A stretch of 64,000 nt of DNA from an uncultured Acidobacteriota bacterium (GTDB taxonomy: Bacteria; Acidobacteriota; Vicinamibacteria; Fen-336): positions 186-64,185 of the forward strand of contig CAYTWT010000009.1 of assembly GCA_964442185.1 (NCBI GenBank), read 5' to 3'. The position numbers and the translations under genes are program-made. Below, in pieces: positions 51,462 through 60,269 of the stretch (position 1 is the first letter of the stretch; every line of letters begins with the position of its first letter). The notes below the pieces were generated by a model. That model searched no databases. It was not told the DNA's origin and saw only the letters and a list, made by a program, of their open reading frames with translations.

Positions 51462-51899
51462 CTACAAATCCGCGAGTATCTCTTCGGGGTGGGTAGTGGC
51501 GTTGACCTTGGGGTAGACCTTCTTCACCTTGCCGTCGGGTCCGATCAGATAGCTGATGCGCTTCGCATGCTGGGCGGTGACGTCGGCGGCGGCGCCGTAC
51601 GCAAGCCCCACGGCGCGGTTCGCGTCGGAGAGTAGCGGGAAGTTGAAGCCAAACTTCTGCGCGAAGACGGCCTGATCAGGGACCGTGTCGAAGCTGACAC
51701 CCAGCACCTGGACACCCTTGTCCTCGTACTGCCGAATTCGGTCGCGGAACCCGCAACCCTCGCCCGTTCAACCCGGCGTGTCGGCCTTCGGGTAGAACCA
51801 CAGCACGACGCTCTTACCCCGATACTGAGACAGCCGGATCAGCTTGCCCGTGTGGTCGCGCACCTCAAAATCCGGCGCCTCGGCTCCAGCCTCCAGCAT
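51462..51899 (-). CDS. bcp: Bcp-type peroxiredoxin with in-frame TGA at the peroxidatic Cys position (predicted selenoprotein, Sec44)
   Basis: RBS GGAGG then ATG (51899). MLEAGAEAPDFEVRDHTGKLIRLSQYRGKSVVLWFYPKADTPG-[TGA at 51768-51770]-TGEGCGFRD...VLGVSFDTV.... FYPKxxTPG(C)T...C is the Bcp CP-x4-CR motif with TGA replacing the CP codon. The track ORF 51462..51707 is the 3' part, in frame. Confidence 0.6.
51740..51758 (-). promoter_or_regulatory. putative bacterial SECIS hairpin, 9 nt 3' of the in-frame UGA
   Basis: mRNA GGU-U-GCGG-GUU-CCGC-G-ACC is a bulged-U stem-loop with a G/U-containing apical loop. It closely resembles the E. coli fdhF minimal SECIS GGUUGCAGGUCUGCACC. Confidence 0.45.
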
Positions 51900-52053
51900 G
51901 GCGAACCTCCAAGCGCAGGATTATACGGCGCGGGGGTCGCCGCGGGCCGACCAGGGCAACGACCACACGCAGCCCAGGTCGCCCTTCTTCTAGCAGGGCC
52001 GCTTGTGGGCCTTGGGAGTTCTCCTCCGATCCTTTACACTTAAACGACATGAT

Positions 52054-52827
52054 ATGAGCCTCGCGGGGTGTCGGGCGCTGGTGACGGGAGGCGGTCGCGG
52101 CATCGGCCGAGCGGTGGCTCGGGAGCTCTCGCGCGCCGGTGTTTCGGTCGCGGTCGCGTCGCGCACGCGCGCCGAGGTCGACGCCGTTACCGCGGAGCTA
52201 CGCGCCGCGGGCGCCCACGCGGTGGGCCTCACTGCCGATGTTTCCAGGGCGGAGGATGTCGCCAGCATGGTTCGCGCCACCAATGCTGCGTTGGGCGGTA
52301 TCGAGATCCTGGTGAATGCAGCGGGGGTCGCGCCCTCGGCGCCGCTCGTGAAGACCTCCGACGAGCTGTGGCGGGCGGCCATCGAGACCAACCTCAGCGG
52401 AGCCTTCTACGCGATGCGCGCCGCGCTGCCTGGAATGCTGGCGGCGGGTTGGGGGCGCATCGTGAACCTGGCCTCGATCGCGGGCAAGACCGGCTACCCC
52501 TACATCTCGGCCTACGCCGCGAGCAAGCATGGCCTGCTCGGGCTCACGAAGTGCGCGGCGCTCGAAGTCGCGGCGAAGGGTGTCACGGTCAATGCCGTTT
52601 GCCCCGGCTACGTGGATACGCCGATGACCGACGTCTCGATCGCCCGCATCGTGGAGAAGACCGGCCTGCCGGCCGCCGAAATCCGCCGACGCCTCGAGGA
52701 GGCGAGCCCGCAAAAACGGCTCTACACGGCCGAAGAGGTGGCGGCGCTGGTCGTGTTCCTGTGCGGCAGAGCTGCGGGTGGCATCAACGGCCAGGCGTTC
52801 AGCGTCGATGGTGGGACGGTGGTGTGA
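52054..52827 (+). CDS. SDR-family oxidoreductase (FabG-like)
   Basis: ALVTGGGRGIGRA, NAAG, catalytic YxxxK (YAASK), PG motif. ATG at 52054 is in frame with track ORF 52003..52827. Confidence 0.8.
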   Translation: MSLAGCRALVTGGGRGIGRAVARELSRAGVSVAVASRTRAEVDAVTAELRAAGAHAVGLTADVSRAEDVASMVRATNAALGGIEILVNAAGVAPSAPLVKTSDELWRAAIETNLSGAFYAMRAALPGMLAAGWGRIVNLASIAGKTGYPYISAYAASKHGLLGLTKCAALEVAAKGVTVNAVCPGYVDTPMTDVSIARIVEKTGLPAAEIRRRLEEASPQKRLYTAEEVAALVVFLCGRAAGGINGQAFSVDGGTVV

Positions 52828-53216
52828 CAGCGCGACCCGTGAATCCCGCGACCCTCGCGCCGGCGCGCGGCTACAGCCACGGCATGCGGGGCTCTGGCGA
52901 GCTGCTCTTCGTCGCCGGCCAGGTCGGCTGGGATGCAGCGGGCCGGCTCGTGTCGGACGACTTCGCACGCCAGTTCGGCCAGGCGCTCGACAATGTCCTT
53001 GCGGTGGTGCGAGAGGCGGGCGGCAGACCCGAATCGATCGGCCGCTTGACGATCTACGTCGTGGACAAGGGCGAATACCTGGCGCGGGCCAGGGACGTCG
53101 GGGTGGTCTACCGGGAACGCATGGGGCGCCACTTCCCGGCGATGGCTCTCGTGGAGGTGAAGTCGCTGCTCGAAGCGGGGGCGAAGGTAGAGATCGAGGC
53201 CACGGCGGTCTTGTGA
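52824..53216 (+). CDS. RidA/YjgF-family (Rid) protein
   Basis: GELLFVAGQVGWDAAGRLV...AMALVEVKSLLEAGAKVEIEA is the RidA fold signature. GTGA overlap with the SDR gene. Confidence 0.75.
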   Translation: MTARPVNPATLAPARGYSHGMRGSGELLFVAGQVGWDAAGRLVSDDFARQFGQALDNVLAVVREAGGRPESIGRLTIYVVDKGEYLARARDVGVVYRERMGRHFPAMALVEVKSLLEAGAKVEIEATAVL

Positions 53217-53656
53217 AGAGCCCCGATGCGCGCCTGGCGCTCTCGGTCTGGGTCCGGCTGCTCAAGGCCCACGGCCTGCTGTTGCGCGAGCTGCGGCGCC
53301 GCGTGCCCGACGCGCTGACGCTGCCGCAGTTCGACGTGCTCGCCCAGCTCTACCGCAGCGAGGAAGGCATGACGCCGGGCGGGCTCACCCGCGAGCTGCT
53401 CGTGACCGCGGGCAACGTCACGGGGATCGTCGAGCGGCTCTCGAGCCTCGAGCTCGTCGAGCGCCATCCCGTACCCGGGGATCGCCGGGCGGTGCGGCTC
53501 CGCTTGACGGTCAAGGGCCGGAAGCTGATGCGCCGCGCCATCCCGCGCCATCGGCGCGATGTCGGCACGCTGTTCGCCCCGTTGGCCGAAGCCGAGCTCG
53601 CCCGCCTGCGCGACCTGCTGGGTACGCTGAACCAGCGCCTGGAGGAGCGCGCGTGA
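53213..53656 (+). CDS. MarR-family transcriptional regulator
   Basis: LTLPQFDVLAQLYRSEEGMTPGGLTRELLVTAGNVTGIVERLSSLELVERHPVPGDRRAVRLRLT is a winged-helix MarR domain. GTGA overlaps at both ends. Confidence 0.75.
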   Translation: MKSPDARLALSVWVRLLKAHGLLLRELRRRVPDALTLPQFDVLAQLYRSEEGMTPGGLTRELLVTAGNVTGIVERLSSLELVERHPVPGDRRAVRLRLTVKGRKLMRRAIPRHRRDVGTLFAPLAEAELARLRDLLGTLNQRLEERA

Positions 53657-54453
53657 CGGCGAAGAGCTTTCGTTACGAGGAGGCGGATGGCGTCGCGACG
53701 CTGACGCTCGAGCGTCCGGGCAAGCTCAACTCGCTCACCTTCGAAACGTACCGCGAGCTGACGGGAGCCTTCCGCGCGCTGCACGCCCGCCCCGAGGTCC
53801 GGGCGGTGGTGCTCACCGGAACCGGGCGCGCTTTCTGCGCTGGCGGCGACGTCGAGGAGATCATCGGCGAGCTGCTCCACTACGACCACGCGCAGTTGCT
53901 GGCGTTCACGCGGCTCACCTGCGAGCTGGTGCGCGCCATGCGCGAAGCGCCGCAGCCGATCGTCGCCTCCCTGAACGGCACGGTGGCGGGCGCGGGGGCC
54001 GCCATCGCACTCGCCGCCGACTTCCGCGTCGCGGTGGACACGGCCAGGATCGCCTTCCTGTTCGTCAAGGTGGGACTCGCCGGAGCGGATATGGGCGCTG
54101 CCTGCCTGCTGCCGCGGGTGGTGGGCCTGGGTCGCGCCACCGAGCTGCTAATGACCGGCGACTTCATCGAAGCCGTCGAAGCGGAGCGCATTGGCCTGTA
54201 TCACCGCGTGGTGCACCGCGACGGCCTCGAAGCGGCGACCCGCGAACTGGTCGCCAGCCTGGTGCGTGCCCCGCGCGAAGCCATCGCCGCGACCAAGGCC
54301 GCCCTCAGCCGCGAGCTCACGCTCGAGCTCGGAGCCGCGCTCGACCACGAGGCCGCGGTGCAGGCCGAGCTGATGACGCGCCCCGATTTCCGCGAAGGCT
54401 TCGCGGCCTTCATGGAAAAGCGGCCGCCCCGTTTCGAAGGAGCCCCCGAGTGA
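53653..54453 (+). CDS. enoyl-CoA hydratase/isomerase (crotonase) family protein
   Basis: TLERPGKLNSL, VVLTGTGRAFCAGGDV, oxyanion-hole region. Confidence 0.8.
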   Translation: MTAKSFRYEEADGVATLTLERPGKLNSLTFETYRELTGAFRALHARPEVRAVVLTGTGRAFCAGGDVEEIIGELLHYDHAQLLAFTRLTCELVRAMREAPQPIVASLNGTVAGAGAAIALAADFRVAVDTARIAFLFVKVGLAGADMGAACLLPRVVGLGRATELLMTGDFIEAVEAERIGLYHRVVHRDGLEAATRELVASLVRAPREAIAATKAALSRELTLELGAALDHEAAVQAELMTRPDFREGFAAFMEKRPPRFEGAPE

Positions 54454-55580
54454 GCGGCGATCCCTTCCTCGAAAAGAAGCACCTCGCTCTCGCCGAACGG
54501 GTCCGCGAGTTCGGCGACAAATGGCTCCGCGCTTCGGCCCAGGACGAGTCGGACCCCGCTGGTCGCACGCGCCGAGTCGTGACGGCGATGGCGGAGGCGT
54601 CGTTCCTGCGCTTCGCGGTGCTGCCCCCGCACGGAGCCATGGACCTGCGCTCGCTCGTCGTGGTGCGCGAAAGCCTGGCGTACTTCTCGTCGCTCGCCGA
54701 CACGGGCTTCGTGATGCAGGGTCTCGGTTCGTATCCGATCGCCCGGGCCGGCACGGAGATCCAGCGCAACACCTGGCTGCCGCCGATCGCCGGTGGCCAC
54801 GTGCTCGCCGCGTTCGCGGTGACCGAGCCCGAGGCCGGTTCGGACCTGGGCGGCGTGCGCACGCGGGCGGATCGCGACGGCGCCCTGTGGCGGCTCACGG
54901 GCCTCAAGACCTACATCTCGAATGCCGGCATCGCTGGTGTTTACAGCGTGCTGGCGCGCACCGGCGAGGGCTCCGCGCATTCCGGCCTCTCGATGTTTCT
55001 GGTCGACGCCGAGGCCCCGGGCCTGTCGGTGAAGATGCTGGAGCCGATGGCGCCACATCCGCTCGGGGAAGTGCGCTTCAGCGACACGCCGGCCCTGCTG
55101 CTGGGTGAGGAGGGTGGCGGTTTCGCGCTCGCCGCCGCGACGCTCGAGCTGTTTCGCCCCACGGTCGGCGCCGCCGCCTGTGGTCTGGCGAGTCGCGCGT
55201 TCGACGAAGCGCTGCGCCACTCGCAGGCGCGGCGGCAGTTCGGCCGGACCATCGCCGACTTCCAGGCCACGAAGATGAGTCTCGCCGACATGCACGTCGA
55301 GATCGAAGCGGCGCGGCTGCTCGTCCGCAAGGCCGCCTGGCTCAAGGACGGCGGCGCCGAGTCGATCGCCCGCGAGGGCGCCGTGGCGAAACTAGCGGCG
55401 ACCGAAATGGCCCAGCGCGTGGTGGATCGCGCGGTGCAGATCCACGGCGGCCAGGGCGTGATGCGCGGCGCGACCGTGGAGCGGCTGTACCGCGAGGTGC
55501 GGGCGCTGCGCATCTACGAGGGCACCAGCGAGATCCAGAAGCTCGTGATCGCCCGCGAGCTGTTGAAGGAGAGCAGATGA
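54450..55580 (+). CDS. acyl-CoA dehydrogenase
   Basis: FAVTEPEAGSDLGG and C-terminal YEGTSEIQKLVIAREL ACAD signatures. Confidence 0.85.
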   Translation: MSGDPFLEKKHLALAERVREFGDKWLRASAQDESDPAGRTRRVVTAMAEASFLRFAVLPPHGAMDLRSLVVVRESLAYFSSLADTGFVMQGLGSYPIARAGTEIQRNTWLPPIAGGHVLAAFAVTEPEAGSDLGGVRTRADRDGALWRLTGLKTYISNAGIAGVYSVLARTGEGSAHSGLSMFLVDAEAPGLSVKMLEPMAPHPLGEVRFSDTPALLLGEEGGGFALAAATLELFRPTVGAAACGLASRAFDEALRHSQARRQFGRTIADFQATKMSLADMHVEIEAARLLVRKAAWLKDGGAESIAREGAVAKLAATEMAQRVVDRAVQIHGGQGVMRGATVERLYREVRALRIYEGTSEIQKLVIARELLKESR

Positions 55581-56290
55581 GCACGGAAGTCGTTCACGCA
55601 GAGGAGATGTCGGCCGAGTACCGACAGATGATCGTGCAGCTGATGCAGAGCCAGGCCTACCGCGAGCTGGCGGCCGCGCACATGTTCGGGCACGGGCTGC
55701 GCTTCGTCCCGGACAAGTGGCTGCGCTTCATGGTCTGGCACATCCGCGAGGAGGCCGAGCACTACGAGGCGGTGGCGAAGATGTACGAGCAGTTCACCGG
55801 CGAAAGCGTCGAGCCGGTAGTCCGCCAGCGCCTCGCCGGTAAGCCGATTCCGATGGCCGAGAGCTGGATGGAGCTGGCGATGGCCCAGTTCCTGTACGAC
55901 CGCGGCGGCTTCTGGCAGCTGAAGGAATACGAAGAGTGCTCGTTCGTCGCGTACCGCGGCGTCATCCAGAAGATCGTCAAGGAGGAGGCCGGCCACCAGA
56001 GCCTGGGGGAAAAGATCGTCGTCGAGCAGTGTCAGTCGGGCGCATTCGACGACGTCAAGCAGGCTCTGTTCGAGAAGTGGCTCCGGATCGGGCTGCTCTC
56101 GTTCGGGCGACCGGGCACGCCGGGCAACCGCTACGCGATCGAGCAGGGCATCAAGAAGCGCGATTCGGGCGAATGCATGAAGGACTTCGTAGCCGACATC
56201 CGCCCAGCCGTCAAGGCCGCCGGGTTGCGCTTCCCCGAGCCCGCAGCGCTGCGCATGGAGCTGCCAGCCGACATCGACTGGAGCGTGTGA
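55577..56290 (+). CDS. ferritin-like diiron-carboxylate family protein (oxygenase-like)
   Basis: Two E-E-x-x-H segments (HIREEAEHYEAV; KEEAGHQSLGE) in a helical protein. Family not assigned. ATGA overlap with the ACAD stop. Confidence 0.5.
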   Translation: MSTEVVHAEEMSAEYRQMIVQLMQSQAYRELAAAHMFGHGLRFVPDKWLRFMVWHIREEAEHYEAVAKMYEQFTGESVEPVVRQRLAGKPIPMAESWMELAMAQFLYDRGGFWQLKEYEECSFVAYRGVIQKIVKEEAGHQSLGEKIVVEQCQSGAFDDVKQALFEKWLRIGLLSFGRPGTPGNRYAIEQGIKKRDSGECMKDFVADIRPAVKAAGLRFPEPAALRMELPADIDWSV

Positions 56291-56291
56291 A

Positions 56292-56741
56292 ATGGGGCGC
56301 ATCCTGGATCTGTGCGCCGAGATCACGACCGAGGCCGAAGAGGGAGAGGACGGTCTCCACCTCTCACCCGACGCCTGGGACCGCTTCCGCCAGGATTGGA
56401 ACGACGAGGACATCGAGGACGCGATGGCCATCGTCAAGGACAGCCTGCTCCAGAGCGAGCTGGCCGAGGCGGCCGACAGCCTCTCGGCCCGGCTCGTCGA
56501 CGTTCTCGGAGACCATGGAACGGCCCCGGCCTTCCAGGCGGCCGTGGCTGGCGACGCGCGCATCAGCGTCGAGACGCTCGGCCAGCTGGCGCGGCGGGTC
56601 AACCGGCTCGAAGAGGTCCTGGAGGTCTTCCGCGACGGCAAGCCTCCCGACCGCACCGGCTTCGATGGCCTGCGCCGCCGGCTGGTCGATCAGGGCGTCG
56701 AAGCGGAGATGGGCGGCGACGACGAAGACGCGGACGACTGA
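56292..56741 (+). CDS. hypothetical acidic protein
   Basis: ORF starts 1 nt after the upstream stop; Asp/Glu-rich (..EMGGDDEDADD); no motif recognised. Confidence 0.4.
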   Translation: MGRILDLCAEITTEAEEGEDGLHLSPDAWDRFRQDWNDEDIEDAMAIVKDSLLQSELAEAADSLSARLVDVLGDHGTAPAFQAAVAGDARISVETLGQLARRVNRLEEVLEVFRDGKPPDRTGFDGLRRRLVDQGVEAEMGGDDEDADD

Positions 56742-56748
56742 CGCCGCC

Positions 56749-58149
56749 GTGACCGAGGCCGACCGGACCGAAGCGTTGCTGTTCCAACCGCTCCCCCTCG
56801 GCGGCGGCGGGCGCACACTTCCCAACCGCATCTGGCTTCCGGCCATGGTGACGTGGCGCGGGACCGAAGATGGCTTCGTGACGCCCTCGGTCCGCGAGAT
56901 CTACCTACGCTACGCCCTGGGCGGCGCCGGCATGATCGTGATCGAGGCCACCGGGATTCGCGACGTCGCGAGCGGACCGCTGCTACGGCTCTCCCACGAC
57001 CGCTACGTGCCCGGCTTGCGGGCGCTGCGCGAGGAGATGCGGGCCGCCTCCGACTCCCTCGTCGTTCCGCAGCTCATCGACTTTCTCAAGATCGCGACAC
57101 GCAAGCCGACACGGGAGTACATCGCCGGCATGGTCAGGCGCGGACGCTTGCCGGAGGCGACGCTCGCCGTCACTGATGCAGACTTCGAGGCCAACCTCGA
57201 GGCGTACCTTCCCGACCCGCGCGACCGGCGCGACTTCCGCTTCGGTTACCGGCAGACGATCGAAGACCTGGCACTCTCCGAGCTTCGGCAGATCCCCGGC
57301 TACTTCGCGGCGGCGGCGCGGCGCGCCCGGCACGCAGGCTTCGACGGTGTCGAGTTGCATTTTGCGCACGCGTACACGATGGCGTCCTTCCTCTCGATCA
57401 CGAACAGGCGCAGCGATGCCTACGGCGGCAGCTTCGAGAACCGGATGCGCCTTCCCCTCGAGGTGATCGCCGCGGTGCGCGAGGAGATCGGCCGTGATTG
57501 CCTCGTGGGCTGCCGGTATCTCGGCAGCGAGGACATCCTGGGCGAGGATGGCCGCATTCACGGCAACACGCCCTTAGACGCGCAGGCGATCGGCGTCGAA
57601 CTCGCGCGCGCTGGACTCGACTTTCTCTCGATCTCGCGCGGCGGCAAGTTCGACGATGCCAAGCAGCCGCCCATGGGCGAGGCCGCTTACCCTTACACCG
57701 GCTGGAGCGGCGCCCGTTGCATCCCGCGCGAGAGGAAGGATCCGTTCGGCATCAACGTGCCCCTCGCGGCCGGCATCCGCGACGCAGTGCGAGCGGCAGG
57801 CTTTGCCGTGCCCGTCGTGGCGGCCGGCAAGATCCACAGCTTCGAGCAGGCCGAGGGCATCCTCCGCGAGGGCAGGGCCGACCTGATCGGCATGGCCCGC
57901 GCCCTGCTGGCCGACCCCGACCTGCCGCGCAAATGGAAAGCCGGCGCCGACGCGGCTGGCCGTGCCTGCGTGTTCTGCCCCTACTGCGAGCAGGAGGATC
58001 AGCAGCATCGCGTGGTGACGTGCACGCTGTGGCCCAAGTCGAAAGCGAACCATCGGCTGCGCTTGACACCCGCGGTGTGGGAGCCGGGAACCAGCTTCGA
58101 TCGGCAGGCGGTCTTCGAGGCGAGCCCCGGGCGAGGGAAGACGCGGTAG
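56749..58149 (+). CDS. Old Yellow Enzyme-family NADH:flavin oxidoreductase with C-terminal 4Fe-4S-type Cys cluster (FadH N-terminal-half-like)
   Basis: LLFQPLPLGGGGRTLPNRIWLPAMVTW... OYE TIM-barrel (HFAHAYTMASFLS). C-terminal CVFCPYC-x11-C motif. GTG at 56749 is in frame with track ORF 55936..58149. Confidence 0.7.
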   Translation: MTEADRTEALLFQPLPLGGGGRTLPNRIWLPAMVTWRGTEDGFVTPSVREIYLRYALGGAGMIVIEATGIRDVASGPLLRLSHDRYVPGLRALREEMRAASDSLVVPQLIDFLKIATRKPTREYIAGMVRRGRLPEATLAVTDADFEANLEAYLPDPRDRRDFRFGYRQTIEDLALSELRQIPGYFAAAARRARHAGFDGVELHFAHAYTMASFLSITNRRSDAYGGSFENRMRLPLEVIAAVREEIGRDCLVGCRYLGSEDILGEDGRIHGNTPLDAQAIGVELARAGLDFLSISRGGKFDDAKQPPMGEAAYPYTGWSGARCIPRERKDPFGINVPLAAGIRDAVRAAGFAVPVVAAGKIHSFEQAEGILREGRADLIGMARALLADPDLPRKWKAGADAAGRACVFCPYCEQEDQQHRVVTCTLWPKSKANHRLRLTPAVWEPGTSFDRQAVFEASPGRGKTR

Positions 58150-58166
58150 AATCGCTGCCCGAAGCG

Positions 58167-60269
58167 ATGCGGCAGCGAATCAGCGGCGCCGGGGCGGTCT
58201 TGGTCGCGGGCCTGCTAGGAGCGATGCTCTCCGCCGCCGGCGGCCGCACGGAGGAACCGGCTCGCAAGCCGCGACTGCCCGAGATCGACACGCGGGAGCC
58301 GCTCCCGCCGCTGCCCACTACCTCGCCGCGCAACGCCAACTACACGATCGAGGCGCGCCTCGACCCGAAGACCCAGACGATCGACGGTAGCCTCGTGCTC
58401 GAATGGCGCAACCTCGGCGAGATTCCGATGGACACGTTCCCCTTCCATCTCTACTGGAACGCCTTCCGCAACAACCTCTCGACCTCCGCACGGGGCGAGG
58501 GGGGCCGGGCGGCGCGCTTCAAGGCGGATCGCGACTACGGCTTCATCCACGTGAAGCGGGTCGTGCTCCTGGGTGAGACCGAGCAGGACCTCACGGAGCG
58601 CGTCCGCTACGTCGCGCCCGACGATGGCAACGGCGACGACCGCACGGTTCTCGGGGTCAAGACCTTTGCCGCCGTCGCCCCGGGCGCCACGGCTCGTTTC
58701 AAGATCGACTGGACGTCGCGGGTCCCGCATGGCAGCGGTGGGCGCTCAGGCTGGGTCAACGACTACTACTTCATCGCGCAGTGGTTCCCGAAGCTCGGCG
58801 TATTTCGCAAGGAGAACTGGAACGCGCACCAGTTCCATGCCACGACCGAGTTCTTCTCGGACTATGGCAACTACGACGTCAAGCTCACGCTGCCGCAGGG
58901 CTTCGTGGTCGGAGCGACGGGAAGCGCGGACGGCCCCGTGAGCAACGCCGACGGCACGCAGAGCGTGCGTTTCCGGCAGGACGACGTCCACGATTTCGCC
59001 TGGACGGCGAGCCGCCGCTTCCTCGAGCGGCAGGCACGCTTCGAGGATCCCGGCTACCCGCCGGTAGCGATGCGCCTCCTGCTCCAGCCTGAGCACGCGC
59101 ACCTGGCCGATCGCTATCTCGAGGCGACCAGGGTGGCGCTTCGCAGCTACGGCGCCTGGGCCGCTCCCTACCCTTACGCTCACGTCACCGTGGTCGATCC
59201 CGCCTGGTTCTCCGCGTCGGGCGGAATGGAGTACCCGACGCTCTTCACTGGCGGGACCCACGTGCAGGCGAAGCTCGAATTGCAGAGCCCGGAATCGGTG
59301 ACGGTCCACGAGGCCGGCCATCAATTCTGGTACGGGCTCGTCGGCACCAACGAGTTCGAGGAAGCCTGGCTCGACGAAGGGCTGAACGACTACCACGAGG
59401 CCAAGGCCCTCGAACTGTTCTACGGCCCCGCCGGCTGGGGCCGACGCTACTTCGGCGGCAAGGACGCCCGCGGACGCCCGCGCGGCTTCCCGGTGCTGGC
59501 GCCCGGCGTCTCCATCGGTCGCGGCGAGGGGGGGCTCGGCGAGCTGCGGGAGTTCGGCCGGCGCGACCCGATGGCGCGAGCCTCGTGGCAGTTCGACGCC
59601 TCGGACGTGTACTACCTCAACGCCTACCGCAAGCCGGCGCTCGTGTACAAGACGCTCGAGGCGCTCGTGGGCGACGAGACGATGACCCGCATCCTGCGCA
59701 CCTGGGCGCGGCGCTACCGCTTCGAGCATCCGACCACGGCGGATTTCATCGCCACCGTGAACGAAGTCACGGGCCAGGACTGGCGCTGGTTCTTCGACGA
59801 AACCTTCTTCTCGAGCGGCCTGTGCGACTACGCGATCTCGGTCAAGGAGGAGCCGCGACGCCGCGTCACGGGCTTCGCCGAGGGCCCGGCTCCCGCTCGC
59901 GCGCCTGTGTCGGCGACGACGCTTCCCAAGGGCGCGCCCAGCGACGGAGCCCTCGACAGCGTCGTGACCGTGCGGCGGCTGGGCGAAGTACGCATCAGTG
60001 TCGAGATCGTCATCGAGTTTGCCGACGGCCGCATCGCCCGCGAGAGCTGGGACGGCCGCGAGCGCTGGAAGCGCTTCGCTTACGGCGGCGCCCCGAAGAT
60101 CCGCCGTGCGGTCGTCGACCCGGACCACAAGCTCGCGCTCGACGTGGATCCGAGCAACAACGCGTGGCGGGCTGAAACGGGGCTCAGCCGGCAGGCTGCT
60201 TTCAAATGGTCGGCCCGCTTCCTGTTCTGGCTCCAGAACCTGCTCGAACTGCATACGGTTCTTGGATGA
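58167..60269 (+). CDS. secreted M1-family zinc metallopeptidase (gluzincin)
   Basis: Signal peptide MRQRISGAGAVLVAGLLGAMLSAAGG. VHEAGHQFWYGLVGTNEFEEAWLDEGLNDY gives HExxH plus a downstream E. End coordinate taken from the ORF track. Confidence 0.75.
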   Translation: MRQRISGAGAVLVAGLLGAMLSAAGGRTEEPARKPRLPEIDTREPLPPLPTTSPRNANYTIEARLDPKTQTIDGSLVLEWRNLGEIPMDTFPFHLYWNAFRNNLSTSARGEGGRAARFKADRDYGFIHVKRVVLLGETEQDLTERVRYVAPDDGNGDDRTVLGVKTFAAVAPGATARFKIDWTSRVPHGSGGRSGWVNDYYFIAQWFPKLGVFRKENWNAHQFHATTEFFSDYGNYDVKLTLPQGFVVGATGSADGPVSNADGTQSVRFRQDDVHDFAWTASRRFLERQARFEDPGYPPVAMRLLLQPEHAHLADRYLEATRVALRSYGAWAAPYPYAHVTVVDPAWFSASGGMEYPTLFTGGTHVQAKLELQSPESVTVHEAGHQFWYGLVGTNEFEEAWLDEGLNDYHEAKALELFYGPAGWGRRYFGGKDARGRPRGFPVLAPGVSIGRGEGGLGELREFGRRDPMARASWQFDASDVYYLNAYRKPALVYKTLEALVGDETMTRILRTWARRYRFEHPTTADFIATVNEVTGQDWRWFFDETFFSSGLCDYAISVKEEPRRRVTGFAEGPAPARAPVSATTLPKGAPSDGALDSVVTVRRLGEVRISVEIVIEFADGRIARESWDGRERWKRFAYGGAPKIRRAVVDPDHKLALDVDPSNNAWRAETGLSRQAAFKWSARFLFWLQNLLELHTVLG

